In this document: piece by piece, positions 49,758 to 63,047 of the stretch
Position numbering within the stretch: the stretch's first letter is position 1
Layout of the letters: each line of letters begins with the position of its first letter
Source of the DNA: Octopus vulgaris
Lineage: Eukaryota
DNA length: 64,000 nucleotides
Assembly (NCBI GenBank): GCA_951406725.2
Contig: OX597821.1
Span: forward strand, 49,476,001 to 49,540,000
Direction: 5' to 3'
Made by a program: the position numbers and the translations under genes
Notes under the pieces: generated by a model
Told to the model about the DNA's origin: nothing
Database searches by the model: none
The model's input: only the letters and a program-made list of their open reading frames with translations

Positions 49758-52088
49758 ATGTATGCATGTATACATATAAGCAATCATCTGTATAAAGGGT
49801 TTTAGACTGTTCCAGCAAGTTGATTGAGAATCATCTTTAAAGCTGTTGAAATAGATTGAGCTCTCTGTCGGATTAATGTGTTTGTGTCTATATACACACA
49901 TGTATACATACACAGACACTGTAACAGTAGATAGATTACATACACATATACACACCTAGTAGATAGAAGCACACAGCTATCATGTTATCCAAATCTGGTC
50001 AAACTTAACCAATGGTTTCTATTATATTTTCTAATTCATTTGTTATTTGTTTTTTTTTTAATCCTAAATTTAACATGTATAAAACACTCATATAAATATG
50101 CATTTAAAACATCCATAAAATATATGTAAACCACATGTGAATCATATCGAAAATATGGAAATATTTTAGATTTAATTTAAATTTTAAATATAATCTTATC
50201 TTTAGTCCTGTTATCCACTTTCAATGTTTACATTCAATGATGTCACAAACCTTTTGCCCCATCTGGCGTCACAAGGGGCCAAAAGAGTCAGGCTGCTGTT
50301 TGAAGGTCAGATTTGAACAGAGACCATTAAGAACCAGAGCAAATACCACAATTCAATCTGATATGACACTACAATATTTTCACCAAACCTCTGAAACAAT
50401 AAAAGTCAAATTTGACCTTGGAGTAATCTGAACTCAGAGCATTAAATATCATTATTTTGCTGGCACCTACATACAAGACAACATTTAAATGTATGATGTG
50501 CTGATTTTGACCAGAAATATTGCAGCTGACTGATCAATGACGTTATTGACTGATAACACAGACATTGGTAGCCTGATGCTGAGTGTATGTATGTATGTGT
50601 GTGTGAGTGTGTAAAACAAAGCTGGGTGTTTAAATTCCAGGTGCAGTCCATATGATCTCTGTCATTCCAATTTTATTCTAGTGATAGAATCAATAGAGCA
50701 TCAGACAATATACCTTTCAGTACTTACTTAGTTACATTACTTTACATTCTGAGTTCAAATCTTGCCAAGGTCAACTTTCCCTGGATCTATAAAATAAGTT
50801 CTGGGTCAATTAGTGGAGGAAGCAATTGATATAATTACCTACCTCCCTACCCACCACCACAATTTGTGGTCCGGTCATGCTGATTGCACAGATTGCCATG
50901 ACTCATCCTCTCCCGTCTGTTCTGTTTACCATTGCATGTAATAGGTCTTCTCAGGTGCACTCAGAGTCCTTGCACAGTGGCTTTATGTAGGTTCGATATG
51001 GTGTACTAACATTTGTGTACCCATGTCCTGCTAGACATGATTATTACTAATATTAGACAATAGTAGAGGAATGGCAGAAATATCATGATTTTAGTAATAA
51101 GTTACATCTCTAGGTTCTGACTTCAAAACTTTTCTGGTGTTGGTAAAATGTTACTTCATGTTGATGTTGATTCAGTTCCTCCAATCTTTCCACAGCTTGA
51201 GATGATTGGCAACATGAAGTGCCAGAGAAGTTTTCTCCCACAAGCCATACAGACCTGGCAAAACTAAGAGTGAAATAGTGGTAGTGATGGAGGCAGGGAA
51301 GTATCTCCTCAGTGAGTTTATATCTACATGTGTAGGAGTATACTTGCTGGCTTTGCTTACTCTCACTGGGCCATACCACCAATAAGAGATAGCACTAGAC
51401 CTATTTGTATTGAAGCCCATTTCCATTCTGTATACAATACACCCATCTGTCATCCTCTTTTGCTAACGGTCAATATTCCCCACCTCTCTCTCTCAACTAC
51501 ACACCCCCTTAACTCTACTTCTAACATAATATTCTCAAGTGTCCGAGAAAAGGGATCTCGGACACTCTGTAAAGTAGTTGGTATTAAGGAGGGCATCCAG
51601 TTCTAGATACCAAACTAAAAATGTCGGAGTAAGACATAGTCTTCCATTGATCTTGAAGAGTAGGAACTCTGAATATCAAGTCTTACTTGAAACCATCCAT
51701 GGCAACCCATCCCAGCATGAAAAGTGGACATAAAATAATGATGATGATGATGTCATTATTACCACAATTCAGGACTGTAGATTGGCAGAATCAATAAAAC
51801 ATTAGACAGAATGATTTGTGATGATGAGTGATATGTCCCATTATGACAATGTATTTCGTCATCTCTGCGGGACTGGTCCAAATGGCGTACCTTCACCGAT
51901 TGACCTTACTGACTGTGTCAGTCCACTATTTATTAGTAGTGGACCAGCCCACTTCTCACTTGGGGGAGTCTGCCACAACACCTCCCCACTTAGAGATTTT
52001 TTTTTCAACACAACATTTTAAAAAATTTATTTTCATTACTATTTCTTTATCTTTCACACAGAATTATATTTATTTTTTCCTTCACAGC

Positions 52089-52135
<47 letters not shown>

Positions 52136-52198
52136 CATCCGAATTTCTGAGTACCTCATTTCTTCTGATATAAAATACCTGTACATCATCTCCAAACC

Positions 52199-52258
<60 letters not shown>

Positions 52259-52288
52259 TAAAACGGTAAGATAACAAAAGAAAGAAAG

Positions 52289-52337
<49 letters not shown>

Positions 52338-54388
52338 CATTTCTATGACTTTTCCTTTCATTACACTTTTCTTGGCCGAAAATGGATCGGTTACCTGCAA
52401 ACTTTCATTATCTTTTAAAGTGTTTGCATTAGAACGATTCCTCGATGAAACATTTTCAATAGAAGGACCTTTTCTCAGATTCTCCAATTTCAGAATTTTC
52501 TACATGTTCTTCACTAGCCTCTTCCATCGACATTTCACCCGGAGTTTTTTCAAAGAGGACTTGTTTAGTATCCTCAATCACAAAATGGCTTGCATTTTCT
52601 TTGTTCATTTTAACTTTCTTAGCAACTGATTCGTTTTCAATTTCAACAGATAATATCTGCTTACATTTGAAATCTTCTGGCATGACTCACTTTAAATGTA
52701 TCATTCATTTTTTTTCTTCTAACCAGAATCCTTTTGCCTGGACTTATTGTTATTTTTTTGTTTTACACAGAAGTATTTTTTTTTCCTTACTGACTGCATC
52801 AGTCCTCTAGGAGACCAGCCCACTTCTCACCTAGGGGAGTCCGCCACAACAATTAGTAACATCTCTTTACATTCTAAGCTGAAATTAGGTGAAGTATTGG
52901 GATTGATATAAAATGAAATACCAGTGAAGTACTGGGGTTGACAAAATAAAGTACCAGTGATATACTGGGGGGTTGATATAAGTACCGGTGACTCTAAACT
53001 TGCTGGTCTTCTTCTTCTTCTTCTTATTATTATTATTAAGGTGGTGAGATGGCAGAATCATTAGAATGTTGGACAAAATGCATTTTCCCCAGCTCTTAAC
53101 ATTCTAAGTTCAAATTACCCCAAGTTTAACTTTGCCTTTCATCCTTTGGGGGAGAGGGGTGCCAATAAAGTAGGCACCAATTAAGGGGTCAATGTAATCA
53201 ACAAATACCTTCCTGCTAAAATTGCTGGCCTGGTGCCAAAATTTGAAACAATCATGATTATTATTAATTCTGTTATGACCATCCATTCATTGTTGAGTCA
53301 TTACTTGCCAGATTTCCTTCCATTTATTCCAGTAAAGAAACCATCTCACAACTGATGGCAGCTAAAGATGGAGTAAAATAACAGGCATGAATCTCTTTGG
53401 GTATTTATGGGTTTGGTTCCAGTTTGGTGGAAGCTAGGCGAGTTGGAAAATCTAGGGATGTTACAGCAAATTTTTCATTTATGAGAATGACTCAGAGAGA
53501 TATCAGAACTGTCAGTTCCGCCACACAACAATGAAATTGCCTGACACCTGCCTCACAACTACAACCATCACCACAACCACAATATTGCCACTACTACTCC
53601 ACTACTACTTCAGCACCACCACTCTTACCACCATCCCCTACAGCCTCAACACTACACCCACCTACCACAGAAGAAGCATTTGGATTAGGAACTGAGATTC
53701 TGAAATAATTTAAGACATTTCCAGAGTCTTAGACTGCATTGTCCTCACAAGAATTTTTTCATTACCGCTGTTGTTTATTGTTTTTTATTGTGATCAATAT
53801 CTGCTGTTGTAACTAATGTCTATTTAATAAGAATCAATGATTTATGTTTCAATATATCAACAGCATAACATAGAGCAGCAGATATTAACACTATCACTTT
53901 TTGCCCACTTTCTCCTCCTCGTTACCATTGCATTACTTCACCCCTACCATCACCACCATCACCATCGTGATCAACACTGATACATCACTACTTTTAAACA
54001 ACCTCCATCACAACATGTCTACACCACCACCACTAACAGTACTACTATTTTCTGCACTTTATTTTAAACACATACACACAAAGAGGGATACTGTTAGAAA
54101 GAGTGAAAATCTCAAGTTGACAAATGAAGTGCGTAACCTACAGTGCAAGTTGGATGTAAAATAACAACAATGACAATTATAATGATAATACCTTCAAATT
54201 TTGACACAAGCTAGCAAGTTCAGAGAAGTGGGTAAGTTGATTACATCAAGTCCAGTGCTCAACTGGTGCTTATTTTATCAATCCTGAAAGGATGAAAGGC
54301 AAAGACAACCCTGGTTGAATCTGAACTCAGAATGTAAAGAGGGATGAAATACAACTAAGCATTACGCCTGGCATGCTTTTAAACAATA

Positions 54389-54443
<55 letters not shown>

Positions 54444-54964
54444 GTAATTGCAAACAGGCCAGGCATCATATTGAAACACTTCAGACAAAGAACATGCCTC
54501 CTCATTGATATGACTGTCCCAATCGATATAAACGTATCTGTCAAGACCTACCAAAAACTGAGCAAATATAAAGATCTTGAAATAGAAATCAGCAAAATGT
54601 GGAACCTGAAGACTAAAACAATACCTGTTGTCATAGGTGCCCTGGGAATGATAGCGAAAGGAGCTGATTGCTACCTAATTCAGATACCAGGAAACCCCAA
54701 AATGGCAGAAATTCAAAAGATAGTGCTCATGGAAACTGCTCATATCCTACGCAAAATACTCTCTATGTAATCTCAAGGTTTAAAACAAACTTTTTTTTAA
54801 AAAATTTATTTATTAGACATTCACTAGTACAACACCAAAAAAACCCCCAAATATATGGCACACTAGGCATAACAACAACGTGAACTTCCGACCTGTTGTC
54901 TCTTGAGGTCTCTGGGTGAGACTTGGAGCCAACTTGTACAAACATAAAGCAAAAGTCAAACATA

Positions 54965-54965
<1 letters not shown>
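54444..54965 (+). mobile_element. 5'-truncated Dong/R4 non-LTR element (restriction-like endonuclease) inserted in (TAA)n
   Basis: NRP.II...CLLIDMTVP...K..KYKDL...IPVVIGALG...IQK..L..TAHILRK; (TAA)n at both ends, the known Dong target. Confidence 0.9.
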
Positions 54966-55022
<57 letters not shown>

Positions 55023-55023
<1 letters not shown>

Positions 55024-55505
55024 TCCCTGATGCAGTACCAGGCAGTGGCTCTCATGGCTTCTGATCTTAACTGATTGGAAGTATTGTCATATATATTGTT
55101 TTGTCTTGGTATAAAAGATGGACTACAGCAAATATTCTGCTCAATACGACACATTTGCTTGTCAGTTGTTTGACCGTAACCAGTTGAGCATGTCCCTTAG
55201 TGGCTGATCACAAGCAGAAGTAGTGGGGGAATATCATAGCCGTGTGTTGAAAGGAATTCTTTGGGGTTTGGATAATTCACCTTTGGAAACATGGGTGGTT
55301 CGTTCAACATTCCTAAACAATCCTTATTCAGGGACCTTTTGAGTAGGATGGGCTACTTGACCAGAAGAAAATTCTAACTGGGCCCCACCTGCAAGGTCAT
55401 GCACTGTTTATCTTGTTATTAGATCACCATGTTGCGCACATATGGTTGATGCATGTGCCTGGTGTACCCTTATCAGACGAGTAGTCATGATGAGTATAAT
55501 GGGCT
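55023..55505. mobile_element. (AAT)n-associated non-coding repeat, copy of 15385-15846
   Basis: Direct sequence match. Confidence 0.8.
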
Positions 55506-56388
55506 GATTAAACCTTGTGAGTAGATTTGGCCAATGGAATCTGAAAGAAGCCTGTAGAAAAAGTATACATGGTGTGTATGCATGTGTGTGTGTGTACATG
55601 TATTTCATAGGTGTGTGTGTGTGCTTGTGCATGTGTATCAGCATCCCCTTGTCTTGACATCTTGCGATAGTTGCAAACAAGTGTCACCATCATACAAGTG
55701 GAGTTCTCTTTCCAATCTTCCATGGAAACATGTTTAACTTTGAGGAAATATTAGCTTATTTGGAAAGAGGTGAGGTTTGGTGACAGGATGGGCATCGCAC
55801 CATAGAAAACTTGTCACAACCAAGTCTGTTTGACTAATGCAAGCAGGAAAAAGTAGATTTTAAAATAATGATGATGATAATATATATATATTTATATATG
55901 TGCGCGTATGGTTTTTATGGCAAGCTGTCATCTGCTGGAAAGCAAAAACAGTGCAAACCAGTGGGGACCAAAACGGTATAAAGATTTGTTAAATACCAGT
56001 TTTGGGGAGCTGAATGTACCATATAATGATGTTGAATCTATTGCTCTTGACAGAAATTAATGTTGAAAAAAGATCTTGTCTGAGGTTACAGGTTTTGAAG
56101 GAAACAAGCAAATTATACAAAAAGCAAAAGGTGAACAACAATAAAATAACACCTTCTTAAAAACAGAAATAGTGTCATCTTTCAGTCATTGCTCAACCAT
56201 CACTGCAGTTTCATGTATTCTATATGCATCATTGAAGGCTAGTTACAGCTTTTGCAATTTCTTGTGTTACCATACTTTCCTCATCTGTAACACTTCACAT
56301 ACAAATTCACACATATACACAAACGCACATACACAGACACATATATGTATAGTTTTGCTCTCAGGCTCAATACAAAATACTACCATCT

Positions 56389-56684
56389 TTTCAAGCCTAG
56401 CCAGGCTCATGGGCCTGGTTTCCCGGTTTCTGTGGCATATGTGTTCCCCTCAGCTGGACGGGACGCCAGTCTATCGCAGTATTACCCAAGAAACAGGAAG
56501 AGAGAGTGAGAGAAAGTTGGGGCGAAAGAGTACAACAGGGGTTGCCACCACCCCCTGCCAGAGCCTCGAGGAGCTTTTAGGTGTTTTCGCTCAATAAACA
56601 CACACAACGCCCGGTCTGGGTAATCGAAACCACGATCCTCCGACTGTGAGTCTGTTGCCCTAACCACTGGGCCGTTGCACCTCC
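56389..56684 (-). mobile_element. tRNA-SINE with the 28444-type head but a different 3' tail
   Basis: Head and body match 25215-25572 up to ttcctgtttct, then switch to tgcgatagactggcgtcccgtccagctg...catgagcctggctaggcttgaaa. Confidence 0.85.
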
Positions 56685-56699
56685 CGTATGTAGATATAT

Positions 56700-56732
<33 letters not shown>

Positions 56733-56734
<2 letters not shown>

Positions 56735-57942
56735 TAACGGGAAGCTTTATGAAAATAGACAAAGGACGAAGGCAGGTGGAAAACAAACAAACAATTGTAT
56801 TAGTATGGCGCTCAGGAAATATAAATAAAACAAGTCTTTAACGTTTCGAGCCTACGCTCTTCAACAGAAAGATACACAGAGAGAAAAAAACACAGAAAGA
56901 AGGAGAGAAAAAAATGCGTGCAGTAACTAACGAATCAACATGGCGATCTGATTTCGGCCAGAAGTCAAAGATCAAACATGAGACGTGAGAGCGAAATAAG
57001 GGGAGATAATAGGGTTGATAATAGGGTTGAATGACCACCTATTAGTGCGTAGGAGGGGTCTGGACGTGTGTATGTATAGGGTAGGTGTATGTATTAGTAT
57101 GTATTAGTATGTATAAGGGTGTGTGTGTGTATGAGAGAGTATTAGTGCGTAGGATAGGTCTGGACAGGCGTATGTATGGAGTTGGTGTATGTATTAGTAT
57201 GTATTAGTATGTATTAGTACGTATTAGTATGTATAAGTGTGTGTGTGTGTGTGTATGAGAGAGTATAAGTGCGTATGAGGGGTCTGGACGTGTGTATGTA
57301 TAGGGTTGGTGTATGTATTAGTATGTATTAGTATGTATTAGTACGTATTAGTATGTATTAGTTGGTGTATGTATTAGTATGGCACATCATATATGATGTG
57401 ATGTGTAAAGTCGTGTGGTGTAGTGAGGAGAAGAGGGGGAGGGGCGAAGAGGGGAGAGAGAGGGGAGAAGGAAGGGGAGGAGGAGGGGAGGAAGGAGGAA
57501 AGAGGGGGAGGGGGAGAGAGAAGGGGAGTGAGGGAGCAGAGGGAAGGGGAAGGAGGGAGGGAGAAAGAGGGAAGAAGGGAAGGGGAGTAGGGGTGAAAGG
57601 ATGAAGGACTGAAGAAGTAGGGGTCGGGGGGAAGGATAGGTGAGGAGGGGGGAGGGGGTTAGATGAGGAGGGGGGAGAGTTGAGACCAAATGGCGTATAA
57701 GAGCGAAGAGAGAAGATTAATTCCTGTTCACGGCGCAAACGGGAATCCGGATGGCCTCTGTGTAAGGACAAACCGAACACAGATAGGTGTTGCAAGGAGT
57801 GACCGGTGGAGCGGAAATGGCGTGAGACCGGTGTGTCGTTCGCAAGGTGGATGTCACGAAGGTGTTCCGCGAACCGGTCAGCCAAGCGGCGTCCCGTTTG
57901 ACCGATGTACAAGGAATTGCAGAGAGAGCAAGAGACGCAATA
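56733..57942 (-). mobile_element. 5'-truncated Penelope-like element: GIY-YIG endonuclease, repeat-rich 3' region, hammerhead
   Basis: YCVSCSLCNSLYIGQTGRRLADRFAEH...VSRHF...H...RLRREQELI..L....PFGLN; ends in (TA)n; three ~100-bp tandem units at 57040-57380. Confidence 0.92.
56835..56872 (-). ncRNA. Minimal type I hammerhead with variant core
   Basis: On -: TCTTT CTGTTGA A GAGC GTAG GCTC GAA ACGT T AAAGA. Confidence 0.7.
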
Positions 57943-58217
57943 GGTAGGTAGATAGATATGTATGTAGACAGGTATGTATTTATATGTATTTTGATAGGTA
58001 AGTAGATATATGCCAAGTTACTCTTAGTGTTACTAGTAACATGTAACCCAATACAACCTGTCGCATAGTTGAACCATTGGTGATTAAACTGGCAACCCTA
58101 CAAAGCATTTGGTAAAGAAGGTGGTCTGCATTGGACATTCTGCAGGATGAAAAACAGGATGGATGAACTCAGAGTCAACAGCTATGCAATAGCTGAGAGT
58201 GATAAACTTGTCTTTGT

Positions 58218-58407
58218 TTAGCCCTTTAGCCTTCAGATTACTTAGTCATGCATTATCTCAGAGCTTAAAAATTTTGATGATGTGATAGTAATCTTTTTAG
58301 AATGACATCATAGGGTAGGTATAAGAGGCTGGATCTGGCTGGTTTTAATATAAAATAGGTAGAACATTTGGGCTGGATCTGGCTGGTTTAAATGCTAAAG
58401 GGGTTAG
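58218..58407. mobile_element. Small MITE with piggyBac-like CCC...GGG termini
   Basis: ttagccctttagc ... gctaaaggggttag. Confidence 0.55.
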
Positions 58408-59639
58408 CCATCACTCTAAGAGAAGGAAATTCTGAAATAACACCTGGCTAATGCACAGCTAAAGATCTTGCTCTTGCTTATTTCTGGACTACTTGGCTTT
58501 GTGAGAGTCTTAGCAGTGTTGTGCAAGCTTTTATTGACTTTAAATTACAATATGAGCATTACTGATAGCCATTGTCTTTAAAACATAGGATAAGATAATT
58601 TGCCAGTGATGGTCATACATATCTACAAGTCAACAGCTACTCTATAGGTAAGAAGGTAGGTAAGTAAGTAGGTAGGTAGCTACTCTATAGGTATGTATAT
58701 AGATATGTTTGTAGGTAAATAGATATGTATGATACATCTAAATGGGTAGAAATACACACACACACACACACATGTACAGAAAGGATGAAATGTACAAAAG
58801 CAAACAAGAATCTACTTATTTATAAAAAAAAAATTAAAATATCAAATCCAAAGTTACATGTCTGCATGAACAGAAGCCTCAGAGCAGGTAATAATTATGT
58901 GATTGATGTAATTAGTTTTAATCATTATTATTTCTGACCCTAAGATCTCAATAATCACACCTTACTTTTTCTCCTTATATTGTCACTGTTGACATTTGAC
59001 AGACACCACCTCAGCATAATTACTGCTCTGTCTTATTTCATAATTAGTACAGTATAACAAACACTTTTGACTGTCTTTGCTGCTTTCATAACTTTCAGTT
59101 AGCGAAACTGTACAGATACCAGAATTAGGAACATGTACACACACACACAGAGTCATGCATATACACATACACCTATTTGCATTTCTATTATTTTCAATTT
59201 CCTGTGAAATAAAAAGCTTTTTTGCATTTGTCACAATAACACCCACCCAACCTCAGCCACATCTCTTAGAAATAAATTACATTCTTATCACATCCAACAC
59301 TACCACCTCCACTATCACCACAACTTTGACCACAATCACAAACACCATTACTACCAAATTCATGTACTATTACCACTACCACCACCTCAACCATCACTGC
59401 AGTTTCATATTCAACTGTATTCTATATGCATCATTGAAGGCTAGTTACAGCTTTTGCAATTTCTTGTGTTACCATACTTTCCTCATCTGTAACACTTCAC
59501 ATACCAATTCACACATATACACAAACACACATACACAGACACATATATGTATAGTTTTGCTCTCAGGCTCAATACAAAATACTACCATCTCATCTAAAGC
59601 AACCTCACTCTCTGACTCCATACGAATAAACCAAATAAA

Positions 59640-59960
59640 CTATCACAGAATATATACCCATGTCTTTCCTAACAGCTATACTACATGTATCTTCACAGAA
59701 TATACCTCCTGTGCCTTCATCACAGAATACACTGCTTCTGTTTGCATCATATGGTGCCTTTATCACAGAAAATACCACCTGTGTCTTCATCACATGGTAT
59801 ACAACATGTCTTCATCACAGATTATTCCTCCTCTTTCTTCATCAGAGAATATACCTTCAGTGTCTTCATCACAGAATATATTACCTGTTTCTTCATCAGA
59901 GAATATACTGCCGGTCTACTCATTACAGAATATTAGCCTGTAGCTTCATTATGGAACATA
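59640..59960. repeat. ~27-bp minisatellite (tcttcatcacagaatataccncctgtg)
   Basis: About ten degenerate units visible. Confidence 0.85.
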
Positions 59961-61849
59961 TAACTTCTACAAGATTTTCTAAAGATGGAATGGGTCACCA
60001 ATGCCAGTATGTAGCCTACATATTAGCATGTTATTACTGATTAATACTTAGTCACATAAGTTCATAAGGTGATTAATATGTTTTACATATATATTGACAA
60101 GTGTTTAGTAGAATGGAAGTAGCAGGATTGTTGAGTGAATTAACATTTTGAGTGTTTAACATAGTTGAGTGAATTAACAAATGCATATTTCATGAGTAAC
60201 CAACTTCAATGAAATATATGTCTCAGTATGATTTGAACTCAGAATGGAAAGGTTCCAAACTAAAAATAGCATTTTGTCTGACACTCTAACCACTTCTACT
60301 CGAGATTTGCGTTATGCATTGGTTGGGCACATTAAGTATCTGAGGATAACATCCCATCACCAGAAATGTTATGGAGGTAGAGTCAGGTGGTGAAGGACAT
60401 CCAGTTTCAGCCATCCAAAATTGAGGTGAATCATTTTATGAAGATGCCCTAGCTTTTTCAATCAACTGCACTTGTATACAGTTCAGTTGGCAGCTGCGGG
60501 TAAGGTGGTGGGTGGAGTGGTGCATTTGTTGGTGGAGAGGGACATGTGATCACAACCTAGGTAATTACTAAAACTGTAAATAGCCCTAAGTGTTGGGCAT
60601 GTAGGGAAGGGGCTCAATTTAAGGTGGAAACAGAGAAAGAGAATAGGGGTGTGTAAGTTATTACTTGCAGGAGTGAATGGGGAATGACAGAAACGGGGAG
60701 GGGGTACTAAGTAATGGAATGTAATTTCACATTAGAGTGAAAATATATAAATGGAAAGAAAGTTAAGATTGTGTGTGTGTGGGGGGGGGGGAATAAAGAG
60801 AAGGGAGAAATTGATACAAGATGGGAGAGAAAATACAGACAAGATAGGAAAGGATGGGAGAGGGGGGTATGAATAAAACAAAGGGGAAAAGGTTAGAGGT
60901 AATGATTGTGGTGGTGGTGATGGTGGAGGTAATAGTGAAGGAGGCACTTAAGGTAGTGGTGATGATGGTAGCTGTAGTGGTGGTGGTACAGTATTGCTGT
61001 AGTTGTTGTATAGGAGATGTGGTGGTTGCAGTACTGGTAGTAGTTGTAGTGTTGGAGATAGTGCTGTTGTTGTTTGTGGTGGTGGTGGTGGTGATGCAGT
61101 AATTGCTGGTAGTTGTAGTAGTGGAGATAGAAGTAGTAGAGGTGGTGGTGGTGGTGGTGGTGACAGCAGTTATTGTTGGTAATTGTGGTGATGATAGTGG
61201 TGGAGGTAATGCTCTTGGTGATGATAGCTATGATGATGATGATGGCAGAAAATATAGATTGTAAGACTATGATGGTGTTTATATTACGTTTATCTAGACT
61301 TTGTCATGGGCTAACATAGAACCTTCTTTATGGTTGTACACAATGTATTAGAAATAACAGCCAAATCCAATAGGACACACAGAAAAATGTATTCTTAAAT
61401 ACACTATTGTCTGAAAATGACAGGATGATCATGACTGGCAGGTCACTGACCGTTGGTCTTCTCAGATCTGGCTTGGAGTTAAACAACAACACTTTTACAC
61501 ACACACAGACACATATCTATCTATATATATATACAACGACCTCGAAAACACAAGTGCAAACAAGGGAGTCAGAGAAAGGCAGAATGCCACTTATATCTGA
61601 ACACTACTTGAAATATTCTGCTGCACATAATTGTTTTTCTAATTTTTCTAAATCTTAATTCCACGTAATCTGTCCTTCTGTTGTAACAAAATGTCTTCTC
61701 CGTTTTCGTTCTGTTGATTTTTCGTCTTCTTGTGATGTCCTGTACGTATATATATATATATATATATTATATATATGCATGTATATATACATGTAGATGT
61801 CGGTACGTACATATATGTTTGTATGTATGCATATATTTTATTTATTACA

Positions 61850-61885
<36 letters not shown>

Positions 61886-61887
<2 letters not shown>

Positions 61888-62680
61888 GGCTGCGAGGGTA
61901 AATTTTCGCCATTTTATATTTTTAATTTCATGCATGCACATTGGTTGTTTTTTGATTTTGGCGACTACACAGTACAGTAGAACAGTAGAATCAGTTGGGC
62001 ACTGTCTATGAGAAAACCAGCACCATGATGCAATTCACTCTGCCAGAAACTTGGAAACATGATGTACTGCTTGGCATTCATGCTGGAAGCTCCAATATGA
62101 ACATTTCAGAGTGTTTGGGTGTCAATCTGAGAACAGTGTAATTTGAGGAGATGTACCAAGAGAGATAAAAATCAAACATCCAGTCAACATCAAGGTGTTT
62201 GGAGTGATCACTAGTGATGGTAACGTTATGCTTCCATTCATCTTCCCACACAGCCTCACACTCAACATGGAGGCTTACATCAAGTGCCTAGAGGAGGTAG
62301 TGCTGCCATGGGTCAAGAGGGTGGCTGCTGGAAGACCTTATATCAGGATTCTGCATCATGCCACACATGCAGGAGAATCCAGTCATGGCTGTCAGACAAT
62401 TTCTGCAACCACATCACCCCTAACATGTGGCCACCTAACTCCCCATATTGCAACCTTCTTGATTATTGTGTGAGGCACAGTTGAGAAAGAGTCTCCCTGT
62501 AACACCCTATAACACCAAAGATGAACTGAAGACAAGGATTATGGCAACATTCACCAACTTAAACAAGAAGACTCTCCAGAAGAGTTGCAGGAGATTCCAA
62601 AGTTGTCAGGAGGCTGTGGTTGAAGCCAATGGCGATTTTATTGAATAAATTTATTTTCTAGTATTTCACGATATTTTTCT
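61886..62680 (+). mobile_element. Internally deleted Tc1/mariner element, DD37D (maT)-like
   Basis: KHPV...VFGVITSDG..M.P.IF, QDSA.CH, WPPNSP.CN.LDY; TA-caggctgcg terminus. Confidence 0.85.
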
Positions 62681-63047
62681 GATGTTTTGCAAACATCTTG
62701 CACATGCAAGTGCTACCAGACGAGAGCTCAACATATTGGAAGCCAGCAAGTGTATGTGGTCATCAGGAGAGAATGTGTGCCATTTCAGAGCCTACCTCTC
62801 AACAGCATTAATGCGCACTGGCCTCCCTCACTGATATGAGGCCCCACTTGCTAGATCAACTTGATCAACTGGTTATCAAATAAGGCTCAATAGTCTTCTG
62901 TTTTCATTTTTGCGTAATTTAGACAACAGTTTATTCACTGTACCCTGTATATATATATGTATATATACTTCCTCCTAACACAACAGGTTAAAGATTTCAG
63001 TAAGTGTATGTGAGTAGCTTTTGGGGTATATCTGTGTGTGTTTATTG

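Noticed and set aside
57358-57680. Pro/Ser-rich C-terminal extension of the GIY-YIG ORF
   Set aside because: Read-through into a polypyrimidine tract after the natural PFGLN end of the endonuclease
58966-59107. Possible - strand 5' UTR exon (cag...gtaagg) of the 128-aa gene
   Set aside because: Weak polypyrimidine tract and no independent support
59155-59943. 262-aa ORF
   Set aside because: Composed of (ACC)n low-complexity sequence, a local duplication and a minisatellite
59640-59960. Regularly spaced repeats as a CRISPR-like array
   Set aside because: Contiguous degenerate tandem units without unique spacers, eukaryotic context, no cas genes
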